Of a DNA stretch of 37,984 nt, positions 8,344-16,306 are shown in pieces. The stretch covers positions 1-37,984 of the IMG/VR virus record IMGVR_UViG_3300044618_001120. The stretch is one strand, 5' to 3'. Positions within the stretch are counted from its first letter, which is position 1. Each line of letters begins with the position of its first letter. A model generated the notes under the pieces. It ran no database searches. It was not told the origin of the DNA and saw only the letters and a list, made by a program, of their open reading frames with translations. The translations under genes were made by a program, and so were the position numbers. This stretch comes from a virus (lineage: Duplodnaviria > Caudoviricetes).

Positions 8344-8999
8344 TGTTAAACGTGATTATACCATACAGAGACCGCGCGGAACATTTGGCAATATTTGTTC
8401 CGTATTTGTCGGCGTATTTGGATATGTCTAATATTGTCCATAGAATATACGTAATTGAACAGGGTGGCGGGTGGCGCCCGTTTAACCGCGGGGCCTTGTT
8501 AAATGCGGGGTATAAGATTGCGCAGGAATTCGACACGGCCCGCGTGCGTTGGTTTGCGTTCCATGACGTGGATATGTTACCAATAACGGCCAATTATTCA
8601 TATAGTGAGGTTCCAACGCATTTGGTTACGGACGCGTCGCAATTTCCCGAGGGCGTGCCCTATGAGTCTTATTTCGGCGGGGTGACCTTGTTTAATGGAA
8701 ACGATTTTGAAGCCGTTAACGGATATTCCAACGGTTATTGGGGTTGGGGCTCAGAGGACGACGACATGTTACGGCGGTGCCAAAAAAGCGGGTTAAACAC
8801 GGTGCGCCGTGACGGTGGTATATTTCGCAGTTTGGACCATGAGCGCGCAATAGACACAGACTTAGCCACGGCCAATTATGAGAGGTTAACACGCGGAACC
8901 GATAACACGCGTGACGGGCTGAGTACATTAGATTTTGAGGTAATTGGGGAACCAATATTGGGCCCCGATATATATAAATTCACAATAGATTTATTATAG
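8343..8999 (+). CDS. GT7-family (beta-1,4-galactosyltransferase-like) glycosyltransferase
   Basis: IIPYRDRAEHL, FNRGALLNAG, FHDVDMLP, YFGGV and NGYSNGYWGWGSEDDD motifs. Confidence 0.9.
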   Translation: MLNVIIPYRDRAEHLAIFVPYLSAYLDMSNIVHRIYVIEQGGGWRPFNRGALLNAGYKIAQEFDTARVRWFAFHDVDMLPITANYSYSEVPTHLVTDASQFPEGVPYESYFGGVTLFNGNDFEAVNGYSNGYWGWGSEDDDMLRRCQKSGLNTVRRDGGIFRSLDHERAIDTDLATANYERLTRGTDNTRDGLSTLDFEVIGEPILGPDIYKFTIDLL

Positions 9000-9012
9000 G
9001 AGATTTGCAGTT

Positions 9013-9276
9013 ATGCAAGCAGTAAAAACGTTTGTTCCGTTGTTTGTTGGGGCATTTGTGGCGGTTTACGTGACGTTCCAAGGGGACGGAATGTTTAGTA
9101 CGTTCGCCGTTGGTTTGGCCAAATACGCATTGGCCGTAACGGGGGCATGGTTTGTAGATACATTTCTAATTTCGGAGGTTAACACGCGTGAAATTTTGGC
9201 AAAAAATCCTATTGCATACGCTATTTTTGTTTCCGCTAATATCATTACCGCGGCTCTTTGCTTTGGAGCGGCTTAA
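9013..9276 (+). CDS. Multi-pass membrane protein, putative holin
   Basis: Three hydrophobic segments, directly upstream of the lysin. Confidence 0.55.
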   Translation: MQAVKTFVPLFVGAFVAVYVTFQGDGMFSTFAVGLAKYALAVTGAWFVDTFLISEVNTREILAKNPIAYAIFVSANIITAALCFGAA

Positions 9277-9745
9277 CACGCTCAGTATTGCGCGTGGTTT
9301 CATTGGCGTAAAAGAGGAGTGGGGGACAAACCGCGGTTATTGGGTTAACCGTTTTTTGTTAACGGCAAAGAGCAAACCCGGGAACCAATGGTGTGCGGCG
9401 TTTGTGGCGTTTTGTCTAGACTCGGCGGGGGTCAAATCATTAAAAGTACGGAGCGCGTTGGCCCGTTCGTATGTGAGGCCAAACAGCATTAAAGCCACAG
9501 AGGTTTTAACGCGAGGTTTGGAAATTCCCCCGGGTTCCATTGTGGTATGGCGCCGTGGAAATACGATATTTGGGCATGTGGGATTTGTAGAGAAATGGAA
9601 CGGCAAAACAGGGGTAACAATAGAGGGAAACACGTCGTCGGGGCTCAGAGGGTCACAAAACGACGGGGACGGGGTGTATAGACGTACGCGGACCATAAGC
9701 CCGTACAATTATTTCCGTATAACTGATTTCACCATATATGAATAA
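9188..9745 (+). CDS. CHAP-domain endolysin with a possible N-terminal signal peptide
   Basis: QWCAAFV (Cys), GHVGFV (His) and TIEGNT. The start codon is uncertain. Confidence 0.85.
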   Translation: MKFWQKILLHTLFLFPLISLPRLFALERLNTLSIARGFIGVKEEWGTNRGYWVNRFLLTAKSKPGNQWCAAFVAFCLDSAGVKSLKVRSALARSYVRPNSIKATEVLTRGLEIPPGSIVVWRRGNTIFGHVGFVEKWNGKTGVTIEGNTSSGLRGSQNDGDGVYRRTRTISPYNYFRITDFTIYE

Positions 9746-9781
9746 CCGTTTTTTTGCATTAAAGTAAATTAGTATTTTCCC

Positions 9782-9856
9782 GTGAACCCATTGCGGGTTT
9801 CATTGCTATGCTCCAAACAAGCGGGGTTATTTGTGTTTATGAATAACCCCGTTTTA
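9782..9856 (+). ncRNA. Candidate small antisense RNA (hairpin, anti-RBS/anti-AUG core, terminator)
   Basis: 5' hairpin TGAACCC-ATTGC-GGGTTTCA; core CATTGCTATGCTCCAAACA complementary to early-gene start regions; 3' 14-bp hairpin followed by Ts. The ends are estimated. Confidence 0.6.
9821..9856 (+). terminator. Intrinsic terminator
   Basis: GCGGGGTTATTTGT-GTTT-ATGAATAACCCCGT followed by TTTA. Confidence 0.7.
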
Positions 9857-9871
9857 ATATATGCTTAAAAC

Positions 9872-10168
9872 ATGGATACACAAATAGAATTATTACGTAA
9901 TGTGTTGGCCGCTATGGTTTCCGCGGGCACGATTATATTTTTTTTATTGCGTTATTTCAAAAAAGAGCGCATTGAACAAGCCCACCACATTGCTCAAATT
10001 ATCAAGTTAACGGCCGATAATGTATTTAATTCGGCTCAGTTAGAAACGAGGGTAATAACGCTCGAAAAACAGGAACGCGAAAACAGCGAATATATGAGGC
10101 GTTCTTTCAATAAATTAAACGAGCGTTTGGACCAAATATTTACAATAATTGCGCAAAAAGACCAATGA
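9872..10168 (+). CDS. Membrane-anchored coiled-coil protein (lysis-associated?)
   Basis: N-terminal TM helix followed by a coiled coil ending LNERLDQIF. Confidence 0.6.
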   Translation: MDTQIELLRNVLAAMVSAGTIIFFLLRYFKKERIEQAHHIAQIIKLTADNVFNSAQLETRVITLEKQERENSEYMRRSFNKLNERLDQIFTIIAQKDQ

Positions 10169-10359
10169 AATTTGGCCTAAAATATTGGAACGAACCGACA
10201 CCCCGAAAAATTCGGCGCATTGCGGGCGCATTGTCCGCATTGGGCATTGCGGGCTCCGGTTTTGCGTATTTACGGGAAAATATCCCGTTAGCCATTGTCT
10301 TGTTATCATGCGCAACGTTGGGCGCGTTTGTCTCTAAATTATTTGCGGAAAACCCATAA
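10165..10359 (+). CDS. Small two-TM holin-like protein
   Basis: WNEPTPRKIRR followed by two hydrophobic helices; coupled overlaps with neighbours. Confidence 0.55.
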   Translation: MKFGLKYWNEPTPRKIRRIAGALSALGIAGSGFAYLRENIPLAIVLLSCATLGAFVSKLFAENP

Positions 10360-10700
10360 TGAAACGTGATAAATTTAATATAGTGATTTACAAGGGTGAA
10401 ACCTATAACACGCTTGTTTCATTGAAAAATAACACGGGCGCCCCAATAAGTTTAACGGGGGCAACCATTACCGCAGAGGCAAAGAGCAAAAGCACCAACG
10501 CAACCGTTTTTACGTTCGTTTGCTCAGTACAAAGCCCTGCGACGGGTGGCGAATTTATGTTAAGTGTCCCCGCGGCCGGTTCCGCTAATTTGACCCCACA
10601 AAAAAACCTAAGTTACGACGTTAAAATAGCATGGGCGGGCGGGGACGTTAAATATTGGTTAGGTGGTGACGTAGAAATAAGGGACACGGTGACCCCATGA
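10359..10700 (+). CDS. Virion/baseplate-associated beta-sandwich (BppU-like) protein
   Basis: NIVIYKGETY, PISLTGATI and YDVKI pattern; sits in the tail-fibre cluster. Confidence 0.5.
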   Translation: MKRDKFNIVIYKGETYNTLVSLKNNTGAPISLTGATITAEAKSKSTNATVFTFVCSVQSPATGGEFMLSVPAAGSANLTPQKNLSYDVKIAWAGGDVKYWLGGDVEIRDTVTP

Positions 10701-11065
10701 GCGTATCAAATGATAACGTTAGTGTAAATACATACCCCCAAGCCGTTACGCTCAGTATAAACGATTTAACGGGGGAAATATCGGTATTTACGCGGCCCCA
10801 AAACGTTGTAATTGAATTTAACGGGGCATTGTCAACAAGTGCGGGGGCGTTTATCATTGGGGAAACCCCAAGCGGGGCCGTAAACGGTTCCAACGCCACA
10901 TATACGACCGCCCAACAATTTGAACCTGCGAGCGTTTCCGTGTTTATCAATGGCGTTAATATCGTTAATGGCGTGGATTACATAACCACGGGGACAAATA
11001 CAATTATTTTGAACGTTAGCCCCGTTGTGGGTGATTATATACGAATAAACTATAAAATAGGATAA
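10697..11065 (+). CDS. Tail/fibre accessory protein
   Basis: The C-terminal ETPSGAVNGSN...VFINGV..DY...P..GD domain is shared with the next ORF. Confidence 0.55.
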   Translation: MSVSNDNVSVNTYPQAVTLSINDLTGEISVFTRPQNVVIEFNGALSTSAGAFIIGETPSGAVNGSNATYTTAQQFEPASVSVFINGVNIVNGVDYITTGTNTIILNVSPVVGDYIRINYKIG

Positions 11066-11070
11066 AAAAA

Positions 11071-11895
11071 ATGCCGGAAACCACAATAGCAGGGCGCCAA
11101 ATACGGGACGGCGCCATAACTAATAGCAAAGTAGCGGCGGGGGCCGCCATTGATACGTCTAAATTAGCGGACGGCGCAAACTTTATTAAAAAAGACGGCT
11201 CCGTAGCGTTTACGGGCGCTCAGTCAATGGGTAATAATAAAATTACAAGTTTGGCAACGCCAACAGACTCAGGGGATGCGACGACCAAGGGTTATGTAGA
11301 TACACAAATAGCGGGTTTACCGAGCGCGTACCGTTACCGTAATGTTAAAGTTGCAACCACGGTAAATATAGATTTAAGCAACCCCGGAACGTCCACATTT
11401 GACGGCGTTGGGGTAACGTTAGGCGACCGTATTTTAGTACACAACCAAAACACGCCCGCGCAAAACGGAATTTATGTTTTTAACACGTCAAGCACCGCAA
11501 TGACGCGCGCCACAGACTCGGACGCATGGGACGAGCTTGTAGGGTCTTTGGTATATGTGGACCAAGGTTCTGCACAGGCTGAATATAGATATTTTTGCAC
11601 GTCAAATAGTGGCGGAACATTAGGCAGTACGGCGGTTGTTTATGCTCAGGACACAAGCGGAACGCTCAGTACGTCCAACTTTGTTACTGAGGAAACCCCA
11701 AGTGGAACAATTAACGGCTCAAATACCACGTTTACATTAGCAAACACGCCAACGGCGGGTACGGTTAAACTGTATTTAAACGGCGTACGACAAAAGAGCG
11801 GCGCGGGTAATGATTACACAATAACAACCGCAACCATTACAATGACAACCGCCCCCGTAAGTGGCGACGTATTGATAGTGGATTATATGAAGTAA
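11071..11895 (+). CDS. Tail fibre-like protein
   Basis: DATTKGYVD, VKVATT, GDRILV.NQ..PAQNGIY and TRATD fibre motifs; Thr/Gly rich. Confidence 0.75.
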   Translation: MPETTIAGRQIRDGAITNSKVAAGAAIDTSKLADGANFIKKDGSVAFTGAQSMGNNKITSLATPTDSGDATTKGYVDTQIAGLPSAYRYRNVKVATTVNIDLSNPGTSTFDGVGVTLGDRILVHNQNTPAQNGIYVFNTSSTAMTRATDSDAWDELVGSLVYVDQGSAQAEYRYFCTSNSGGTLGSTAVVYAQDTSGTLSTSNFVTEETPSGTINGSNTTFTLANTPTAGTVKLYLNGVRQKSGAGNDYTITTATITMTTAPVSGDVLIVDYMK

Positions 11896-11913
11896 CATGA
11901 GTGAGCAATAGCA

Positions 11914-12723
11914 ATGCCAATAACCAAATTAAAAAACGGTCAATTGCCCGACACCATAAGCAGTAAAACCGTAGATAATAGTAATGATATAAACACGACC
12001 ACGACCCGCCTAAAAATTACGGGCGGGTCCAATGGCCAAGTTTTAAGTACGGACGGCTCAGGAAACCTAAATTGGGCAACGGCGGGCGGTGGTGGCGTTT
12101 CCGACGGAGATAAGGGGGACATAACGGTAAGTGGAACGGGCGCCACGTGGACAATTGACAATGATGCGGTAACGTACGCAAAAATACAAAATGTTACGAA
12201 CACGTCACGCTTATTGGGGCGTGCGTCGGCGGGTGCGGGTGATATTGAGGAAATAACAATTGGTTCAGGATTAACGCTAACAGGTTCGACAATCTCTGCG
12301 AGTGGTTCTCTTGGCGCTCCGACTTATGTAGTGACAAAAACAGCAAATGAAACAGTTACAAATTCCACTACTTTGCAAGATGATGATGAATTATTCTATA
12401 CATTATTGAATGGCAAAACATACTATATTGAACTAAGGTTGTTGATGAGCAGAACCAACACATCAACAAGTTTGTCATTGAAATTTGCATTTGATGCAAA
12501 TTCATACGGTTACATTGGGAACACTTTGGCAGCAACATCACAAACAGGTTCAACGTCTGTTTCAACACTTAGTGGAGTGCCAAGACCGCAATTTAATCAA
12601 GTAAGTTTGGTGATGGGTGCAAATTACACTTGTAAATATCAATTTGCACAAAATTCACTATCGGCAACAACAGGCGTAACGGTACACAAAGGAAGCCAAA
12701 TGTATATTTGGGAGTTTGCATAA
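11914..12723 (+). CDS. Tail fibre/receptor-binding protein
   Basis: GQVLSTDGSGNLNW, DGDKGDITVS, IDNDAVTYAKIQ and LLGRASAGAGDIEEI fibre motifs. Confidence 0.7.
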   Translation: MPITKLKNGQLPDTISSKTVDNSNDINTTTTRLKITGGSNGQVLSTDGSGNLNWATAGGGGVSDGDKGDITVSGTGATWTIDNDAVTYAKIQNVTNTSRLLGRASAGAGDIEEITIGSGLTLTGSTISASGSLGAPTYVVTKTANETVTNSTTLQDDDELFYTLLNGKTYYIELRLLMSRTNTSTSLSLKFAFDANSYGYIGNTLAATSQTGSTSVSTLSGVPRPQFNQVSLVMGANYTCKYQFAQNSLSATTGVTVHKGSQMYIWEFA

Positions 12724-12941
12724 TGGAATTGATATTGCATAAAAAAACAGAGGCGATGAATACACCTGTAATTTCATTTGATAGTGACGGAAACCCAAAT
12801 AAAATTTGCGAACCATTTCCCGTCATGCTATGGAAATTCATAGATGAGAACGGCAATATTTGGAATACGGAAACTGCAATTGATGGAACAGAGGACGACG
12901 CCAAACAAATCATTTTGCAAAGCATAGCAAATAATGGCTAA
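12723..12941 (+). CDS. Small acidic protein following the fibre (possible chaperone)
   Basis: TAATG coupling to the fibre gene. Confidence 0.55.
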   Translation: MELILHKKTEAMNTPVISFDSDGNPNKICEPFPVMLWKFIDENGNIWNTETAIDGTEDDAKQIILQSIANNG

Positions 12942-13785
12942 AAAACAAATAAACGATTTTATACGCCCCAAGGTGACGCGCGACGAGTACGAACGCGTTT
13001 TACACAGGCGTAACGGTTTGGCATATACGGCCGTTCCTGATTATTTGGCGGAAATGCCCGACGGACGCGACGAGGTTGCGCCCCCTATTAAATTAGAGGG
13101 GAAAACCGCCGTGTTATCTGATATTCATTTCGGAATACATGATAAGCAGGCGGTAATTGCGGCGGTCCAATATGCACGCTCGGAACAAGTGGAAAACATA
13201 GTTTTAAATGGGGATATATTGGACGGAGCCCGTATATCAAGACACCCCAAAAACCCAAATATGCCAAAGTTTTTAGACGAGCTCGAAATGGTGAAACCAT
13301 TTTTACGTGGATTACGTGCGGATTTCCCGAGCGCCCGTATTATATTCAAAGCGGGCAACCATGAGGACAGACTAGAAGCGTATTTAATGGCAAACGCTCA
13401 GGAAATGGCGGGGCTTGTAGATTGGACAAAGTTATTAAATTTAACGGACGTTGGCATAGAGTTTGCGGAAACGTCGCAATTTATGAGGGTTGCGGACACC
13501 CATATAATTCATGGGCACGAGGTAAAAGTGGGTGGGGGCGTTAACCCCGCACGCGCGTTAATGCTCAAAACATTAGAAACAACCGTAATGGGACACGTTC
13601 ACCGCACAAGTTTTTCACATGGGCGGGGATTGGGCGGTAAATACATTAAAACATACACCACGGGTTGTTTATGCAAGTTACGCCAAGGTTATATGCCCCA
13701 TAGCAATAGTAACCATGGATTTGCAATTGTCCAAGCGGACGGAGCGGTACGCAATATGTGGATTAATAACGGGGTTGTGGAATGA
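12934..13785 (+). CDS. Calcineurin-like metallophosphoesterase
   Basis: SDIH, NGD, GNHE, HGH and GHVH motifs. Confidence 0.9.
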   Translation: MAKKQINDFIRPKVTRDEYERVLHRRNGLAYTAVPDYLAEMPDGRDEVAPPIKLEGKTAVLSDIHFGIHDKQAVIAAVQYARSEQVENIVLNGDILDGARISRHPKNPNMPKFLDELEMVKPFLRGLRADFPSARIIFKAGNHEDRLEAYLMANAQEMAGLVDWTKLLNLTDVGIEFAETSQFMRVADTHIIHGHEVKVGGGVNPARALMLKTLETTVMGHVHRTSFSHGRGLGGKYIKTYTTGCLCKLRQGYMPHSNSNHGFAIVQADGAVRNMWINNGVVE

Positions 13786-14258
13786 GACTAAATATCTATG
13801 GCATTACGCTCATAATGGTTGGCGGGTTGTGTTTATTGTTAGGCGTTCACCTTGGACGCGGCTGTAATGCCCCACAGGGCACGAAACATACACGGGACAC
13901 AGTTACGGCCGTAATAACACGCCCCGTTACCGTACGGGACACCGTGCGCGTAAAATCGGTAATGGTTAAACACAAAGACACAACGTATTTTATAGAACGC
14001 CCCGTAAACATTCCATGCGGGGACACGTCGTTTATTGCTCAGGCTGATAGCGTGATAACAACCACAAAGGACACCGTAAATATGGCATTTGCGTATAATA
14101 AGGGCAAAGCCAATTTTAGTTTGGTATTCAGGCCCCGCCCCGACTCAGTACAAACAATAACAATTCCCGTACCCACTGAGAATAACAGCGCGTGGACATG
14201 GGGACCCGTGGCGTTTGCACTAGGTACGTTACTAGGTATTTGGGGCGCAAGGCAATGA
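13782..14258 (+). CDS. Putative unimolecular spanin-like lipoprotein
   Basis: N-terminal hydrophobic signal ending LGRGC, beta-rich middle, C-terminal TM. Confidence 0.5.
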   Translation: MRLNIYGITLIMVGGLCLLLGVHLGRGCNAPQGTKHTRDTVTAVITRPVTVRDTVRVKSVMVKHKDTTYFIERPVNIPCGDTSFIAQADSVITTTKDTVNMAFAYNKGKANFSLVFRPRPDSVQTITIPVPTENNSAWTWGPVAFALGTLLGIWGARQ

Positions 14259-14785
14259 CGGTTCCAATTAAAAAGATTAAACCAAACCCACGGAACCCGC
14301 GCACGATTTCACGGGACAAATACGCCAAACTAAAAACAAGTTTACAAGCGTTCCCGGATATGCTAAACAAACGCCCGCTCATTGTAGTGAGTGACCACGA
14401 CGGAACATATATGGTATTGGGCGGTAACATGAGGTTAAAGGCCGCAAAGGAATTGGGGTTTACTGAGTTACCCGTTATATTGGCGGACGATTGGACACCC
14501 GAGCAATGTGCCGAATTTCTCATAAAAGACAACGTAAGTTACGGGGAATGGGACCATGAGCAATTGGCTAACGAGTGGGACGAAATACAGTTGGAGGCGT
14601 GGGGGTTAGATTTACCCGTTAATACAGAGGAAAACGGCCCGCAAATAGAGGCGGACCAAGACAAGCAAACAAACACAATAACACTAGAATATACGGCGGA
14701 CGATTACGCACGCGTAAAAAGCCAATTGGCTAAGATAGCAAGCACGCCGGAACAAGCCGTATGGGTATTATTGGGGAATGATTAA
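14255..14785 (+). CDS. ParB/Srx N-terminal domain protein
   Basis: IKPNPRNPRTI, RPLIV, VLGGNMRLKAAKELG and IKDNVSYGEWD; precedes the terminase. Confidence 0.8.
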   Translation: MTVPIKKIKPNPRNPRTISRDKYAKLKTSLQAFPDMLNKRPLIVVSDHDGTYMVLGGNMRLKAAKELGFTELPVILADDWTPEQCAEFLIKDNVSYGEWDHEQLANEWDEIQLEAWGLDLPVNTEENGPQIEADQDKQTNTITLEYTADDYARVKSQLAKIASTPEQAVWVLLGND

Positions 14786-15152
14786 CATGGCGTACGACAA
14801 GAAAAAAGTATATGCCCAAACATTGGAAATAATAGAGAAACATACGCTCATATTTATCGAGGATATTGTAGCGTTATTACCGCTCAGGAAACAAACGTTT
14901 TACGATTTTTTCCCCATTGGTAGTGACGAAATGGACAATATTAAAAGCGCATTGGAAAAAAACCGCGTGTCCATGAAATCGAACATGCGCAAAAAATGGT
15001 ATAAGTCCGACAACCCTACGTTACAAGTGGCGTTAATGAAACTGATAGCGAACGAGGACGAAGCGGCGCGGCTCTCAGGACAAACCCGTGATAACACAAA
15101 CGCCAATAAAATGGTATTTGTATGGGGTGGTAACAATGAGGCCGACAAGTGA
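14778..15152 (+). CDS. terS: Terminase small subunit (putative)
   Basis: HTH-like KQTFYDFF; overlaps the large terminase start. Confidence 0.6.
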   Translation: MINMAYDKKKVYAQTLEIIEKHTLIFIEDIVALLPLRKQTFYDFFPIGSDEMDNIKSALEKNRVSMKSNMRKKWYKSDNPTLQVALMKLIANEDEAARLSGQTRDNTNANKMVFVWGGNNEADK

Positions 15153-16306
15153 AACGCGTAATAGCAGAGCCACACGCTAAGCAATTGGAAATAGTAAACA
15201 ACCGCAAACGTTTTAACGTTGTACGGAGCGGGCGCCGATTTGGCAAAAGTTACTTAGCATTTGCCCTTGCTATCGAAAAAATGTTACAAGAGCCGGGCAC
15301 CAATGTGTTATACACGACCCCAAGTTACAAAGAATTACAAGGGCGTTACAAAGAGGCCGTTAAACTGTTTACCCCGTTAGGCGCCACAATCAAATGGGGG
15401 GAAATAACATTGAACGGTTCCACGCTCACGTTAACGGGTATATGGCGTGCGGACGGGCTCAGAGGGAACGCATTTCACCGCATGATATGTGACGAGTGGG
15501 CGTACTGTGAAAACGCTCAAAACGCATGGGAAGAGGTTTTAAGCCCTATGCTCACAGATTATGAGGGCGACGGTTATTTTTTTTCCACACCAAATGGCAA
15601 AAACCATTTTTCTGAGTTGGACAATTTTAGTAATTTATATGGTGATTGGGCGTCGTTTCATTATACCACATACGACAACCCCCGCATGAAACATGCGGAA
15701 ATTGAACGGCAACGGCTCATATTGCCAAGCGTTGTTTTTGCCCAAGAGTATTTAGCCGAGTACGTGGACCGAGGGGCCGCAAAGATTAAACGCGAGTGGC
15801 TCAAAATTGACAACACAAAAAAACCCGTTACGTTTTATATGGGCGTGGATTTGGCAATTAGTCAAAAAGAGACGGCGGACTATACTGCGTTGGTTGTCAT
15901 TGGGTTAACAGAGGACAAAGAGGTGGTTGTTGTTGACGCATTCCGCGACCGCATGACGTTTGTAAACATTGGGGCAAAGGTTATCGAATACGCAAACAAA
16001 TGGAACCCCAAGGTTATTGCAATAGAGAACAACCAAGCGCAAGCGTGGTTGGTCCAAGAATTGAAACGGAACACAACGTTAAACGTGGTTGGAATGAGGG
16101 CGGACCGTGATAAAGTTATACGATTTCAGCCCGTGGAGGCGCGTTACGAACGCCGTGAGGTATTCCACTACGGAACGTTACCACCTGAATTTACCGAGGA
16201 GCTATTAAGTTTTACGGGCACAGCACAGGACAAACACGACGATTACGTGGACGCATTGGGTTACGCGTTTGCTTCAATTAAAAAGACACCGGGCGTATTT
16301 ACATGA
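15149..16306 (+). CDS. terL: Terminase large subunit
   Basis: Walker A GRRFGKS, Walker B ICDE, STPNGKNHF, nuclease GVDLA...HDDYVDA. Confidence 0.93.
   Translation: MKRVIAEPHAKQLEIVNNRKRFNVVRSGRRFGKSYLAFALAIEKMLQEPGTNVLYTTPSYKELQGRYKEAVKLFTPLGATIKWGEITLNGSTLTLTGIWRADGLRGNAFHRMICDEWAYCENAQNAWEEVLSPMLTDYEGDGYFFSTPNGKNHFSELDNFSNLYGDWASFHYTTYDNPRMKHAEIERQRLILPSVVFAQEYLAEYVDRGAAKIKREWLKIDNTKKPVTFYMGVDLAISQKETADYTALVVIGLTEDKEVVVVDAFRDRMTFVNIGAKVIEYANKWNPKVIAIENNQAQAWLVQELKRNTTLNVVGMRADRDKVIRFQPVEARYERREVFHYGTLPPEFTEELLSFTGTAQDKHDDYVDALGYAFASIKKTPGVFT

Noticed and set aside
9753-9780. Dedicated promoter for the candidate sRNA (TTTG-N16-TATTTTCC)
   Set aside because: The match to TAnnTTTG is only partial and the spacing is short, too weak to list as a feature.
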